Below are positions 47,268 through 59,000 of a stretch of 64,000 bases of DNA, piece by piece. The translations under genes and the position numbers were made by a program. The notes beneath the pieces were generated by a model that was given only the letters and a program-made list of their open reading frames with translations, made no database searches and was not told the origin of the DNA. Source of the stretch: a virus; IMG/VR virus record IMGVR_UViG_3300025669_000021, positions 1-64,000 of that record; one strand, written 5' to 3'. The number at the start of each line of letters is the position of its first letter. Position 1 is the stretch's first letter.

Positions 47268-49352
47268 ATGCCGTCAATCAAGCTCGATCAGTTCAAAGGG
47301 ATCATACCAAGGACAGCGCCAAAACTCCTTTCACCAAATGCAGCCCAGACCGCGCAGAACGTAGAATTGATGTCCGGGCGCCTGGAAGCTCTATTGCCGC
47401 TCGGCGCGGAAGTCGACACCCAGGCGGGAAACACCATATTCAAGTGGTATCGCAACTCCTCCTCTGAATGGCTCTCAATGACGGGTATTGAGGATTTCGC
47501 CGTTGGTCCTATTCGGGCTGATCAATACGATAGGGTCTACTTCACCGATGGCGGCACCCTCAAGATGAACGCCTGGAAGACATCCAAGATTACCAGGACA
47601 GTAGGTCTGACGGCCCCCAATGCTGCTCATGTCCCTACTTTGACGTCTTCTGCAGTCAATAAGTGGAGGTTTAATCCAGGAGCAATCGCCAATGATCTAC
47701 GTCTTAACTCAAGCATAGGAATATCCCTACCGTGGAATACACCTACTCCTGAAACCAACGAAGATATCACGCCTGAGAGATGGGAATTTACTGCTGACGG
47801 AAAGTGTCACGTTTGGTTTCCTGTTCCGGGCCAACGGATAAATACGTCAACTGGGGCATCATGGGTTAGTTATAGTTTAACATCCATATTCCTCTACCAG
47901 TTGAAGGTAGATACAGCCGGTGGCGGTACTGACGCTACTAAACCAGCAGCATACGGACAACTGACCAATACTGTATCCTTTGATATTACTGATGGAGTAG
48001 AAGGGACGAAGTATGCGGAACTGGTTGTAGAGTCAATGACAAGAGAAGGAATGGAAGTAGAGTGGATAGATGGATCTACTGGAAAATCTCTTATTAGTGG
48101 TCGTCCTGATGGAACATTTGCAACATTCACTTGCTCTGACCACATGGCTCATCTAGTTCTCAATCTCAACTATGTTGATCTTGTCGGAAGTAAACTCAGG
48201 CAGACATCATACTATGTTCAGACCTACGTTGATGATCTAGGCGAAGAGAGCCCCGCTAGTGGCATCTCAGCGGCAATAGAGTTCGTTCCCGGCACAGAAG
48301 TAGTCCTGGGGCTGGGCTCCGATCCTGGGGGCAATATAGCGACGAGACGGCTATACAGATCGGCGGCTGGAAGCCTGGAAGATGCTTTCTTCTATGTGGC
48401 AGACATTACAGCGGCCACAACAGCCTATACGGACACGAAGACGGACGCGGAGCTAGGAGAGGTCATCCCCGGCTTTGAGAATCCTCCAACGACTCTGACG
48501 GGCATTGTGGCTATGTCTAATGGTTTTCTGGCTGGCTGGTCTGGGAAAACTCTCCATTTCAGCGAACAGTGGCACCCCTATAGCTGGCTGGATACTTACC
48601 AGATTAACCTAGAGTACGATATTATTGGTCTGGCGGTTGTGGATACCGACCTGATTGTGATGACTGAGGGTCATCCTTACGTTGTGACAGGTGTTCACCC
48701 AGAGAACATGACGGTAGACAAGATTGCTCTCTCCCAGTCTTGTGCAAGCCGTCGATCGATCGCAACGATGAAGGATAGCGTATTCTATACGTCTCCGGAC
48801 GGGATTGTAAGGATTAGGCACGGCGCCGGCCAACTGATCACCGAGGATTTCTACACAAGGGTCCAGTGGCAAGCCCTTACCCCGTCATCGGCTATATCCG
48901 CGGTGCAGGATAAGAAGTATTTCGCGTGGATGACCGGGATAAAGCTCATTTTTGACATGGACGAGGGGCTTGCGGCTATCACGTCCCATGATATCACGGC
49001 AACGGCCGTCTATACTGATCTGGTGGATGATACTCTATACGTGTCTCAATCAGGAGTAATCAAGGGTTGGGAGAAGGGGTCAGTCAATAAGACTATCCTC
49101 TGGAAGTCGAAGGAATACGCTATTCAGCGCCGGTGGGCCCCGGTGGCGGGTCGAATAGTGGCAGATTCGTACCCTGTAACGCTCAGACTGTACGCAGAGG
49201 GCGCCCTAGTGTCGACCGTGACCGTTTCTAGCCAGACAGCCTTTAGGATCCCTATACTGCGTCAGGAGCGCGTGTGGTCCCTCGACGTGCAGAACGATGA
49301 CACTATCGATGAAGTGATGATCTCTAGCAGCATGAAGAATTTGAGAACGTAA
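47268..49352 (+). CDS. Tail tubular protein B / nozzle-like
   Basis: FKGIIPR...AQTAQNV, YVQTYV..GEES, RRLYRS, FSE..PYSW, Y.SPDG, WKSK. Confidence 0.78.
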   Translation: MPSIKLDQFKGIIPRTAPKLLSPNAAQTAQNVELMSGRLEALLPLGAEVDTQAGNTIFKWYRNSSSEWLSMTGIEDFAVGPIRADQYDRVYFTDGGTLKMNAWKTSKITRTVGLTAPNAAHVPTLTSSAVNKWRFNPGAIANDLRLNSSIGISLPWNTPTPETNEDITPERWEFTADGKCHVWFPVPGQRINTSTGASWVSYSLTSIFLYQLKVDTAGGGTDATKPAAYGQLTNTVSFDITDGVEGTKYAELVVESMTREGMEVEWIDGSTGKSLISGRPDGTFATFTCSDHMAHLVLNLNYVDLVGSKLRQTSYYVQTYVDDLGEESPASGISAAIEFVPGTEVVLGLGSDPGGNIATRRLYRSAAGSLEDAFFYVADITAATTAYTDTKTDAELGEVIPGFENPPTTLTGIVAMSNGFLAGWSGKTLHFSEQWHPYSWLDTYQINLEYDIIGLAVVDTDLIVMTEGHPYVVTGVHPENMTVDKIALSQSCASRRSIATMKDSVFYTSPDGIVRIRHGAGQLITEDFYTRVQWQALTPSSAISAVQDKKYFAWMTGIKLIFDMDEGLAAITSHDITATAVYTDLVDDTLYVSQSGVIKGWEKGSVNKTILWKSKEYAIQRRWAPVAGRIVADSYPVTLRLYAEGALVSTVTVSSQTAFRIPILRQERVWSLDVQNDDTIDEVMISSSMKNLRT

Positions 49353-49354
49353 TT

Positions 49355-49948
49355 ATGGGCAGAAGAGTACAAGTTGACGTAGTGCAGTCGAGGTCGTTGG
49401 TTTCCCCGCATGGGGTCGATGATGCTCTGACATATAGATGCTTACGGGCCCTCGTTGAAAATGTGCGTCACCTAAAGAGTGAGATGAACCCCAAGGCCAA
49501 TAAGGCTGTAGAAAACTTCCAAGAGACAAATATAGGTGCAGGAGATCTATCAGGAGAAGTAGAGGGGCCGCAAGGAGAGAGGGGGCCAAGAGGACGTAAG
49601 GGGGAAGATGGCGAGGATGGCAGTCCATACGATCATTCCTTCAAGTTTACGGCTACGAGCACCACGGGCGGGGATATAACAGAGGGATATTGCTTCATAG
49701 GTGGAGCGGCAAAGACGATCACCAACCTTCCATCATCTGTTTCCTCGATCACTTCCAGCGTGAAATACTATATAGAGATAGACCTTGCGGCCGCAACCGC
49801 CGAATGGAAGTCAACTTCTAGCGCCTATCCCGTCTCCGATATTGATACTGAAATATGGCCTATTCTTGAGCTTACAGCCGCCGATAGCGTAATTAGCGCA
49901 GTTCTCGAGCGGTACACTTCTGATATTCATGTGACACTGGCAGCGTAA
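49355..49948 (+). CDS. Tail-associated protein with short collagen-like repeat
   Basis: GPQGERGPRGRKGEDGEDG. Confidence 0.65.
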   Translation: MGRRVQVDVVQSRSLVSPHGVDDALTYRCLRALVENVRHLKSEMNPKANKAVENFQETNIGAGDLSGEVEGPQGERGPRGRKGEDGEDGSPYDHSFKFTATSTTGGDITEGYCFIGGAAKTITNLPSSVSSITSSVKYYIEIDLAAATAEWKSTSSAYPVSDIDTEIWPILELTAADSVISAVLERYTSDIHVTLAA

Positions 49949-51018
49949 TGAAACAAATCATTTTGGCAATAATTCTAATGGCGTCTATATCGCACTCAGC
50001 GACATGGAGTGATGATGTATGGCCGGGGTGGGATACTCCGAGATCAAACTACTGGAGAGCGGTAGATTGTTACAGTGGGCTAGTGCAGCGTATCGATGTT
50101 CTTTCATCGTCTGCCGTAGACGCTCCATCCCACAGAAACAACAGGAGTGATCTTGTAGCATATAAGGTCAAAACAAGAACGATAATGTCATCATTCATGC
50201 CTGTAACCAATCTGAGTGGTTTGGTATCGGTCCCGTACTTAGACCCCACTAATAGATGCTTTATCAGCAAGATCCCTACCAACTACTTTGAATACACTCC
50301 GCAGAGAAGCCTGTCAGGGCTCGGAACATTTGACGATGATTCAGGAGTAGGACATCTGCACGGGTACACAAACAATGATACAGCAAGAGGCGGCACTAAT
50401 TTCCCCGGGTCGCAGACAAACTGGTACACTACTGATTACGGATGGGATCCTCTCAAAGTGCTGATTACTAACATGATTTCTACAGCAGACACCATCTATC
50501 CAGTTATGACTATAATACCGGCATGGCGATTCTATGGTACTCACAGCGGATCAGGAACAGAATCATGGTCAAACGTGGTTGACGCTGCAAAACTGGATTG
50601 GGCAGAGACAATACACTGCACATGGGCAAATTATACTGTTGGAAACATATCTGGTACATCGTTTGATGCTGATACCTGGGGCCTACAGTGGCAGTCTGGA
50701 ATATCTCACATGAACACAGCACATAATAAGACGGTACATTTCCATATATGGGTTGATCCTACTAGCGGCGGCGGTGCTGGTGCTGTTCATACGTTCAGCA
50801 ACATGGGAGACGATTGGGTAAAGGAGAGCGCGTACAGCTACGCAGGGAATACAAACGCCTTACTGAGCGCCACGGCAACCAATAGCTCCATCTCTCACAA
50901 TACAAATGCCCCAACTAGCTGGCCGTCCGAGCCCGGAGTAGGAGAGACGCGCTATAAGGGGTATTTCATTGACCAAGGGAAAGATATCTCAGTGTTTGAG
51001 TGGGAATTTGACTATTAA
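49948..51018 (+). CDS. Virion-region protein with signal peptide
   Basis: MKQIILAIILMASISHSA; T/N/W-rich. Confidence 0.7.
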   Translation: MKQIILAIILMASISHSATWSDDVWPGWDTPRSNYWRAVDCYSGLVQRIDVLSSSAVDAPSHRNNRSDLVAYKVKTRTIMSSFMPVTNLSGLVSVPYLDPTNRCFISKIPTNYFEYTPQRSLSGLGTFDDDSGVGHLHGYTNNDTARGGTNFPGSQTNWYTTDYGWDPLKVLITNMISTADTIYPVMTIIPAWRFYGTHSGSGTESWSNVVDAAKLDWAETIHCTWANYTVGNISGTSFDADTWGLQWQSGISHMNTAHNKTVHFHIWVDPTSGGGAGAVHTFSNMGDDWVKESAYSYAGNTNALLSATATNSSISHNTNAPTSWPSEPGVGETRYKGYFIDQGKDISVFEWEFDY

Positions 51019-51037
51019 ATAACAGGAGACAATAGCG

Positions 51038-51772
51038 ATGGCTAAGAAGTTTTGGAACACAACTGGAAAAGAAAAAAGACTTTGGAACCCAGATAAGAAA
51101 GTAGGCCTCAAGGACAAGAAGTCTACATCTGGCGTAAAGAGCAAGTCCAAGGACATCGGGCGTACTAATGCCGGTGCTGTATCTGATTCCCGCTCACGCA
51201 GGGCTCTATCTGGTGCTAAAAATGCCGCAAACAGATTGATCGGGCTTGGCGGTGAATATGCCGCTCGGGGAAGGAAATTTGAGGGTATTGATGATCAGAT
51301 CATTGATCAGGCCTCGCAGTCTCCCGACTTCCTTGTTGATCAGGCGGCAACCGATACAACCTTGGCTTTTGACAAGTCGAAGGGCATAATGGACCGCAAC
51401 GCCTCTCGTATGGGTATAGATCCTAGTAGTGGCCGGTTTGGCGGTCTGCAGCAACAATGGGCTATGGCTCGATCTGCAGCGGAAGCTGGAGCAAAGACCC
51501 GTGCACGGCGCCAAGCAACGGACGTCAACTTTAGTAGGCTCCTCCAGGCGTCAGGAATAGGATCTCGCTACCCGGGATTGGCTGTAAATGCTACTTCGGC
51601 TGGTGGTAGTGCTTTGAGTGGTCTGGCCGGTGACTACGGAAGCAGGGCTTTTGATTCAGCGGCAGAAGGATCCTATGTTGATTCTAACAGTAACGCCGGT
51701 AACGGTGGTAACGGTGGTAACGGTGGGTCCAGTCTTCAATCTGAGGTAGATCAAGAACAGGGAGATTTGTAA
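51038..51772 (+). CDS. Internal virion / ejection protein
   Basis: A/G/S-rich; RMGIDPSSGRF motif. Confidence 0.65.
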   Translation: MAKKFWNTTGKEKRLWNPDKKVGLKDKKSTSGVKSKSKDIGRTNAGAVSDSRSRRALSGAKNAANRLIGLGGEYAARGRKFEGIDDQIIDQASQSPDFLVDQAATDTTLAFDKSKGIMDRNASRMGIDPSSGRFGGLQQQWAMARSAAEAGAKTRARRQATDVNFSRLLQASGIGSRYPGLAVNATSAGGSALSGLAGDYGSRAFDSAAEGSYVDSNSNAGNGGNGGNGGSSLQSEVDQEQGDL

Positions 51773-53001
51773 TGGCGATTAGAAGCGCAGCAGGAGGGCG
51801 TCTTGCCGGTCTACGGGCTGCAGGACAAGATCAAAGGGCCGAGAAGACTGTTGGGCTCAATGAAGCATCTGGAGCTCGGGCAGAGCGTGGGCTACAAGTC
51901 AACGAAGCAGCATCACGGCGCCAAGATGAAATCTTTCAGGCAGAGAAGCAAGACAGAATCCGCGGCAATGTTGGCCGCGCCTATGAAACTGCATCATGGG
52001 GAGATCAAGCAGGAGCTATAGCTGCGTACAACGAGGGCCGTGCTAAAGATCAGCATATTGACGGTATAGAGGTTGGCGATAATGGCGATCTATTTGTGTC
52101 TCGACGTGGAGATCAAGCAAGGATTAAGCTTGCCAGGATTGAGAGATGGCTACCCAAAAACCCTAACGCCGTAAAAGCAGGGTCAAGAATAACCGCCAAC
52201 ACTCCTGGCGCCCGTATGAAGATAGGCCAGGGCATTAACCAGTTTGATAAAAACTATGATACGAAGAAAGCAAAGCAAGACCCAGCTACTAAGAAGGCGA
52301 TAGAAGACGCCATGCTGACTTATGATCCAAACACGGACGGTCCGATTGATGAATACCAAGCGAATGTAGCAAGGGATCTAGGGATAGATCCCGCAGGATC
52401 TGAGGGTATCGTCAACGAATTACAGGCAAAAGACCAAGAGATCGCAGATATGCAGGAATCCATGAGAGCGGGTGGATTTTTCTATGGTCCTGAATTTAGT
52501 GTGAAGGGAACTAAGTTTCCCGTGAATCCCCTCGCCAAAGACCGTAGTTTCAAACTACGGGAGTTGCAGCAGGAAAGAAAGATCCTCGCAAGAGAGTTGG
52601 AGATGGCTAATCCCGTTGTCAGGGCACGGCAAAACAAAATAAGGTTAGAGGAAAGGAAAATCGTCAAGGCTCACCCTGGCTTTGATAGTAACAATGACGG
52701 ACGTATAGATGAACAAGATAAGATGTTCCAGGTAGCGCAGTTGGTTGTTGAAACATTAGCCATTCCTGATGATTCAGAAGACCCGAATATCGCAATAAAA
52801 AAGAAGAAGTTTAGAGATAGATACTCGCCAAAGCGACTTATCGAATTTGAAGCTCTGGTCAAAGCCGTAACGAAGAAAGCTACTGCTGACGCCGAGACAA
52901 AGGTAGGATTAAGAGAACCTAAGAAAACTGCTTCTCCTGCTGCTGCTCCAGCGAATAAAGCTCGAGGAAATATCCAAGGTCTACAATTCCAAAACAGGTA
53001 A
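51772..53001 (+). CDS. Putative internal virion protein
   Basis: Between ejection protein and giant protein. Confidence 0.55.
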   Translation: MAIRSAAGGRLAGLRAAGQDQRAEKTVGLNEASGARAERGLQVNEAASRRQDEIFQAEKQDRIRGNVGRAYETASWGDQAGAIAAYNEGRAKDQHIDGIEVGDNGDLFVSRRGDQARIKLARIERWLPKNPNAVKAGSRITANTPGARMKIGQGINQFDKNYDTKKAKQDPATKKAIEDAMLTYDPNTDGPIDEYQANVARDLGIDPAGSEGIVNELQAKDQEIADMQESMRAGGFFYGPEFSVKGTKFPVNPLAKDRSFKLRELQQERKILARELEMANPVVRARQNKIRLEERKIVKAHPGFDSNNDGRIDEQDKMFQVAQLVVETLAIPDDSEDPNIAIKKKKFRDRYSPKRLIEFEALVKAVTKKATADAETKVGLREPKKTASPAAAPANKARGNIQGLQFQNR

Positions 53002-53007
53002 TATATA

Positions 53008-56000
53008 ATGGCTAATGGCTTACTTGATCCTGATCAAGAACTCGCGTTCATAAAATCACTTGATGATGAAACGGCCCCTGTCGACGGGGCTGGTGCCTTC
53101 CGTCCTCCAGAAGTGGATGACCCTCCAGAGGAAGAAACTCTTGACGGGAAGAAGGAGCTATTTTGGCTAGAGAACCTTGACCAGGAGATCCGCCAGGAAA
53201 GTGTCAAGGAATTGAAGGCTAAGGGACAGACCGCAATCCTCGGTAAATCTAAGGCTCGTATGCCATTCGGGGAGAAGTTACGCCGAAGCTTTAGCGGTGA
53301 GCCTTTCGGTGCAGACGTTACTCCTGTAGAAGGGGCAATAGCTTATCTTTCTCCGGTAGCTAGGACAAACAAGCGTCTTGAACTCAATGAGATCCGTGAA
53401 AAGCTTTCAAGAACTGCAGGAGCCGAAAGCGTAGAAGATGAACTAGCACTATACTCCAAGAACTTCGAAGGATGGTCGGACGGTGATCTATTCCAATATG
53501 TGCACGGATCAACAGAAATACCACCTGACAGGGTAATTGATAGAGAGCAGACCATACGTACCAGCTTGGAACGCGATAAGCAGATGCTAGAGAGGCTTAC
53601 AGCCTTCGACCAAGAGCTAGAAGAGCGTGACGGTCCATTGTCAGAGAACGCTCCTACAGTAATGAAGCTGAATAATCTGCTAGAGGATGGTGTATTTGGC
53701 GCTATCGACATGATCCCGTATATGATCAAGATGGCTGCTGGCCCTGTTGGCGTATTCGTTGAGGCTATGACCCAGTTTGATGAACGTCTGCATGGAGAGG
53801 GCAAGATCAATGAAGATGGCCGATACGAGATCACCAAGGAACAGGCCGGTGTCTTTGAGGCAGCATGGAAGAGTATTTTGTCTGCTGGGGCTGAATATTA
53901 CATAGAAAAGAAGGTCGGTTCACAGTTAAAGCTTTTAGGAGGAAAGAAGGGCGCTCAGAGATTCCTTAGTGCTGGAATGCAAGAGTCCATAGAAAAGTTG
54001 TCAAAGAAGATGGTTGGCAAGTCCTTTGGCAAAACTGGGACGAAACTATCAGAACTGACCGGTGCCAAGATCCTCCAGGGATTCAATCCAGCAAACTTGT
54101 TTGAGGAGATAATCGTTGAAGAAGGGCTCCAGGCCGTATGGGATGCCGCCTGGAACCTAGATAACATGGTCGATCCTGAGAATCCAGACAGGAAGCTAGA
54201 CTTTGCAGAGAGACAAGCACTGGCCCTATCGTCGTTTGCGAAGTCTATCCCAGAGATGGCGATTAGCTTCTCTCTGTTCGGTATTGGCGGCCAGGGCGCT
54301 AATAAACTATCAAGTATAAGAACCCGTAGCGCCCAGAAGAAGTATCTCACAGAGCTTGGATTAGAGCCAGAGCGTCAGAAACAGATAATGGACGAGAAAG
54401 ACCCCAAGAATCGTGGCGAGATGCTTCTACAGGAAATACTCAGCAGACACCTACGGGCCGAAGCGTTTGGCGTACCATTCCCGTTTGCCCAGGACAAGGA
54501 GTCATTGAATAACCGATTAGAAGATGCTGAGAAGCTATTCAAATTCGGCACTGAGAAGGCTCCACCCAGCGTAATGGATCAGTTGAGCGTCAGAGCTAAA
54601 CTAGCCACGATTAAAGCTGGATTGCCGGCAGAAGGGAAAGAGGGTGAGCAACCAGCAGATCAACCATCAAAAACACCTATAGAACCCCCGGCGCCAAAGG
54701 ATGAAACGCCTATTCCTCCCGAGGATCAACCACCTATCGAGGAAGATGATGAAACACCAGAGACGGGCCCAAAGGGTCAGGATCTTGTTGATACCTTTAC
54801 CGATGAGAACGGCATAATCTTTGAGCGTTTTGAAGGTCCGGACGGTACGTCTACGATGATCCAGCGTGATCCAGAGAACAAGGATCCAATACAGGTCATA
54901 AAGGGCGATAAGGACGTCATCCTCAAGCGTTACACGGAGCAGATCGACAAGATTAAGAAGATTGAGGAGAAGCCTCCGGTAGATACAAAAGCAGTCAAAG
55001 CTAAGTACCTTGATGACTATGTATCGTACCTGATGGACGATTCTCAGGATAAACCACCAGCAGAGCCAGACATCAGCGAAATGTCTCTCAACAATTTAAG
55101 GCGTCAGGCAAAAGAGATAGCCCTGGATCGCAAGCGCAAAGATGAGAAGCCGCCCGAAGACAAGAAGCCCCCCAAGGAAAAGAAGACGGCCACTGACGAG
55201 ATAGAAGACATAGATATTGATGACTTGGACGATCTATTAGATGAAGCTGACGAGGGAGAGGCCCCCGCCGAGACTCCCACGCCGCCGCCACCTAGAGATG
55301 ATCGCCCACCTGTAGACGATAATAGACCGCCTGTTGATCGCCCACCGGCAGAGGCTGGTGAGGTCAGCAATGATAACGTCGACAAGCTGAAAGACCTATT
55401 CCCTGGCCTTGGGGCACCGACACAGTTAGGTTCACCAGCCGGCGCCGAGAAAGAACCAGCTTTCAGCAAGGAAAAGTATGCTGCAGCCACTCCTGTATTC
55501 GTATCCAGTATAAAGGATATGTCTGCTGGCGGGAAAACACTGAAAGACTTCCTCTCCTGGGCAATCAAGAGCTTTGGCTCCGACATCAAACCATACCTGA
55601 AACAGTTCGTGGTCGACGTTAAAGCTGGCAAGATCAACCTAAAGGAAGAAGATAAGGCCGATACTCCTCCCCCGCCGCCGCCAGGGCCCCAGGACAATAC
55701 TACGCGCATAAGGGCACTTATCCTGTCCGATGCTTCAATGCAGCAGAAAAGTGCTGACATGAAGAAGATGGCCCGGGAACTGGACATATCTGATAAGGCC
55801 GTTCAAGAGATGGTTGAGGCTGAATTGGTCAGAATGGCGAGGAAGATCATTGTAGCCAATGACACCAAGCCAGGAAATACAGATGCCCAGACAATGAAGG
55901 ATCTGATTGCCCTGTACGAGAAACAGCCCATCTTCTCAGCCAGGAGTAGCGGTAGCGTCTCCAGACAGGCTTATTCCACCCCTCTCCCCCTGGCGTTTGC

Positions 56001-59000
56001 CATTGAGCGTATGATCGACGCCAAGAACGGATCCAAGGTATATGAGCCCACGGCCGGGATGGGCGCCCTAGTGATAGATGTCGACCCCAAGAAGGTAGAT
56101 GTCAATGAGATCGATTCTGTCCGTGTGCAGGAACTCAAGAAGAACGGCTATAATCAAGTCACCAGCAATGACGCCTCACTGCAGCCCCCCGCGGATCGCC
56201 TCAAGTCCTATGACAAGGTGATAATGAATCCACCTTTCGGGACACGTAAAGACGGGGCAATGCGTTGGAATGGTTTCCGGATTACCCAGCTTGACCACGA
56301 AATCGCTCTCAGAACCCTCGACCAGATGACAGATAACGGTCAGGCGGCGATCATCCTCGGTGCATCACTTCATCAATCAGATGAGCTTACCCGTAAGGAT
56401 AGGGCTCTTTTGAACGCCATAATGAATAACTTCAACGTGGTGGACAATTTTGAGGTCAGTGGAGATCTCTACCGCAAGCAGGGCGCCAGTTTCCCTACAC
56501 GGGTTTTGATCATATCAGGCAGAAAACCAGCAACAGAAGAGCAGCTTGCCCCCAAAAAGGTCGACCGGCTCAATACTTGGCGCGAAATAGAAGACAGAAT
56601 AGAGGGAAATAAGAATGAATCTAAAAGAATCAGAGACATTGTGGAGTCCGAGCGACGATCGAAGACTACTGACGGTCCTGGAGAAGGGGGAGAACCCCCC
56701 CAAGGCCCTCGCAGGATTCCTGAGTCTACAGGCGAACCTCCTATCCCAACTGATACAGGAGTCGACAGAGGAGGAGATACAGGCGGCTCAGAAGATGCTG
56801 GGGGATCTTCCGACGAGCGCACTGATGGGACTAGACACAGCAAACGTAAAAAGCCCCCACTTCCCGAAACAATTTCTGAATCTGAACATAGAAAGCGGAG
56901 AGAATCCGATAGCGGAGTGGAGAAAGGACGCAGAGGAGGCACTACCGCAAGAGACAAGCATGATTTCGTCCGAAGAGGCGAACCAAGAGATCACAGAGTT
57001 GACCCTCTCAAGGTTCCTGGAGAGAATGATATAGTAAACATAGATGAGTTTACATCTACCTATGTTCCATTCTCTCGGGCCCCCGGGCTAGATACTGTCT
57101 CCCCTCGATACATGGCATTGCCGATGTTTAGGGCCATGAAGGAATTGACTGATCAAGTAGGTGATCTTGACTATTACCTAGTTGACAAGCTTGGCTATGA
57201 TAACGTCCAGCACCTATGGGATGGTGACAATGAAAGATCGACGGCCGGTCTAGCTGCAGAGCAGATTGATTCGATCGCCCAGACCATATACCAGATAGAG
57301 GCCAACAAGGCCGGTATGATCGTTGCCGATGAGACGGGTATTGGTAAAGGACGCCAAGCTGCAGCCCTGATGCGCTACGCTATAAGGGAAGGCAAGATGC
57401 CTGTCTTCTTTACTGCTACCCCAAAGCTCTTCTCTGATATGTACGGAGATCTGCAGGACATTGACACTACACTATCCCCTCTTCTGGTTGGTTCTCAGGG
57501 CAAAGCGGAAGTGAAGGATGTTGACGATAAGGTAATAGTTGCCTACGAGGCGAAGCAAAAGCAGATAATGAAGCGGTATCTCGACGGAGATGAGGACGCG
57601 CTCAAAGAGTTTGACTCTATCTTTGCCACATATTCCCAGATAAATGCTGCCGACAACATCCAGCAACGCTTCTTCCAGGCACTGTCCGAAAGAGACGATG
57701 TATTTTTCATCATGGATGAGTCTCACAAGGGCGCCGGTCAAACATCTACCACGGGAGTCTACCTTCGCGGTGGAGAAACAGAAAAGAAAGACCCCCAGAC
57801 AAAAGAGACGATTAAGACAGAATATCCTGGCGCTCTGCGCTCGGACGGTGTTTCGGGGGTAACGTACCTATCTGCTACATACGCCAAGAACCCACAGGCC
57901 ATGGGATTGTACTTCTGGACAGACATATCCAAAGCCGCCAATACACCAGAAGATCTGGAATTCATATTTGAAAACGGTGGTGTCCCTATTCAGCAGGTAT
58001 CGTCGGCCGCTCTTGCAGAAACTGGACAGCTTGTCCGTAGGGAGAAGTCCTTTGACGGTGTTAAGTTTGAGCAGGAAGACATCAAAATGGACGAGCGTGA
58101 ACGCGCAGAGCTTATTGCTGATGTTGACGAAGTGACGTCTATTCTCGGGGATATTGTCGATTACAGCAATAGGGCGATAGATGTAATGGGCACTCTTCCT
58201 GACTATCTGGTGAAGAAGAGGAACAGCGTACAGACCCAACTCCAGACAACGACCTTTGCCAGTGTCGTGCACAACAAGATTGCCCAGTTAATGTATTCCA
58301 TGAAGCTGAAATATGCCGTGGAAGAGGCTATTGCAACGCATAAGCGCGGAGAAAAGCCCGTTCTCGCAGTTGTCAATACGATGGAGTCCTTCCTAGAGGA
58401 CTATGTAAGGAAGAACCATCTTTCCGAGGGTGATACCGTTGACGTAAACTTTGCTGATACCTTGAAGACCGCTCTCGATCGTACAATGAGGGCGTCAGTC
58501 GAGGGCCCTACTGGTGACAATGAGCATATTGAGTTTACGCCAGAACAGTTGGGAATGAGAAGCGAGTATGATGAACTAATGGCCGACATAGATGCTTTAG
58601 AGTTAGATCTCCCTGCATCACCGATCGACTGGTTGAGACATGAGCTAGAAAAGGCTGATATATCAACCGGTGAATTGACCGGCCGCTCCCTAATGTTGGA
58701 GTATCAGGACGATGGAACGGCAATACTTCGCTCCAGGACACCAAAGGAACGGGCAGACAAGAATGGTCCTACCAACGCGTTTAACCGCGGCGATATAGAT
58801 GCCATCATCCTGAATAAGTCTGGCAGTACCGGTATCTCTCTCCACGCTGCAGAGAAGTTTGATGATCATAAGAAACGCAGAATGATCGTTGTCGACGCAC
58901 ATCCTGACATCAACGAGTTTAAGCAAATCTTGGGACGTATCAAGCGGTCAGGCATGATAGAGCCAGACGAGAACGGTGTAGCGGCCGCGTCCTATATCAT

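Noticed and set aside
51692-51726. (AACGGTGGT)n microrepeat
   Set aside because: Simply encodes a Gly/Asn linker
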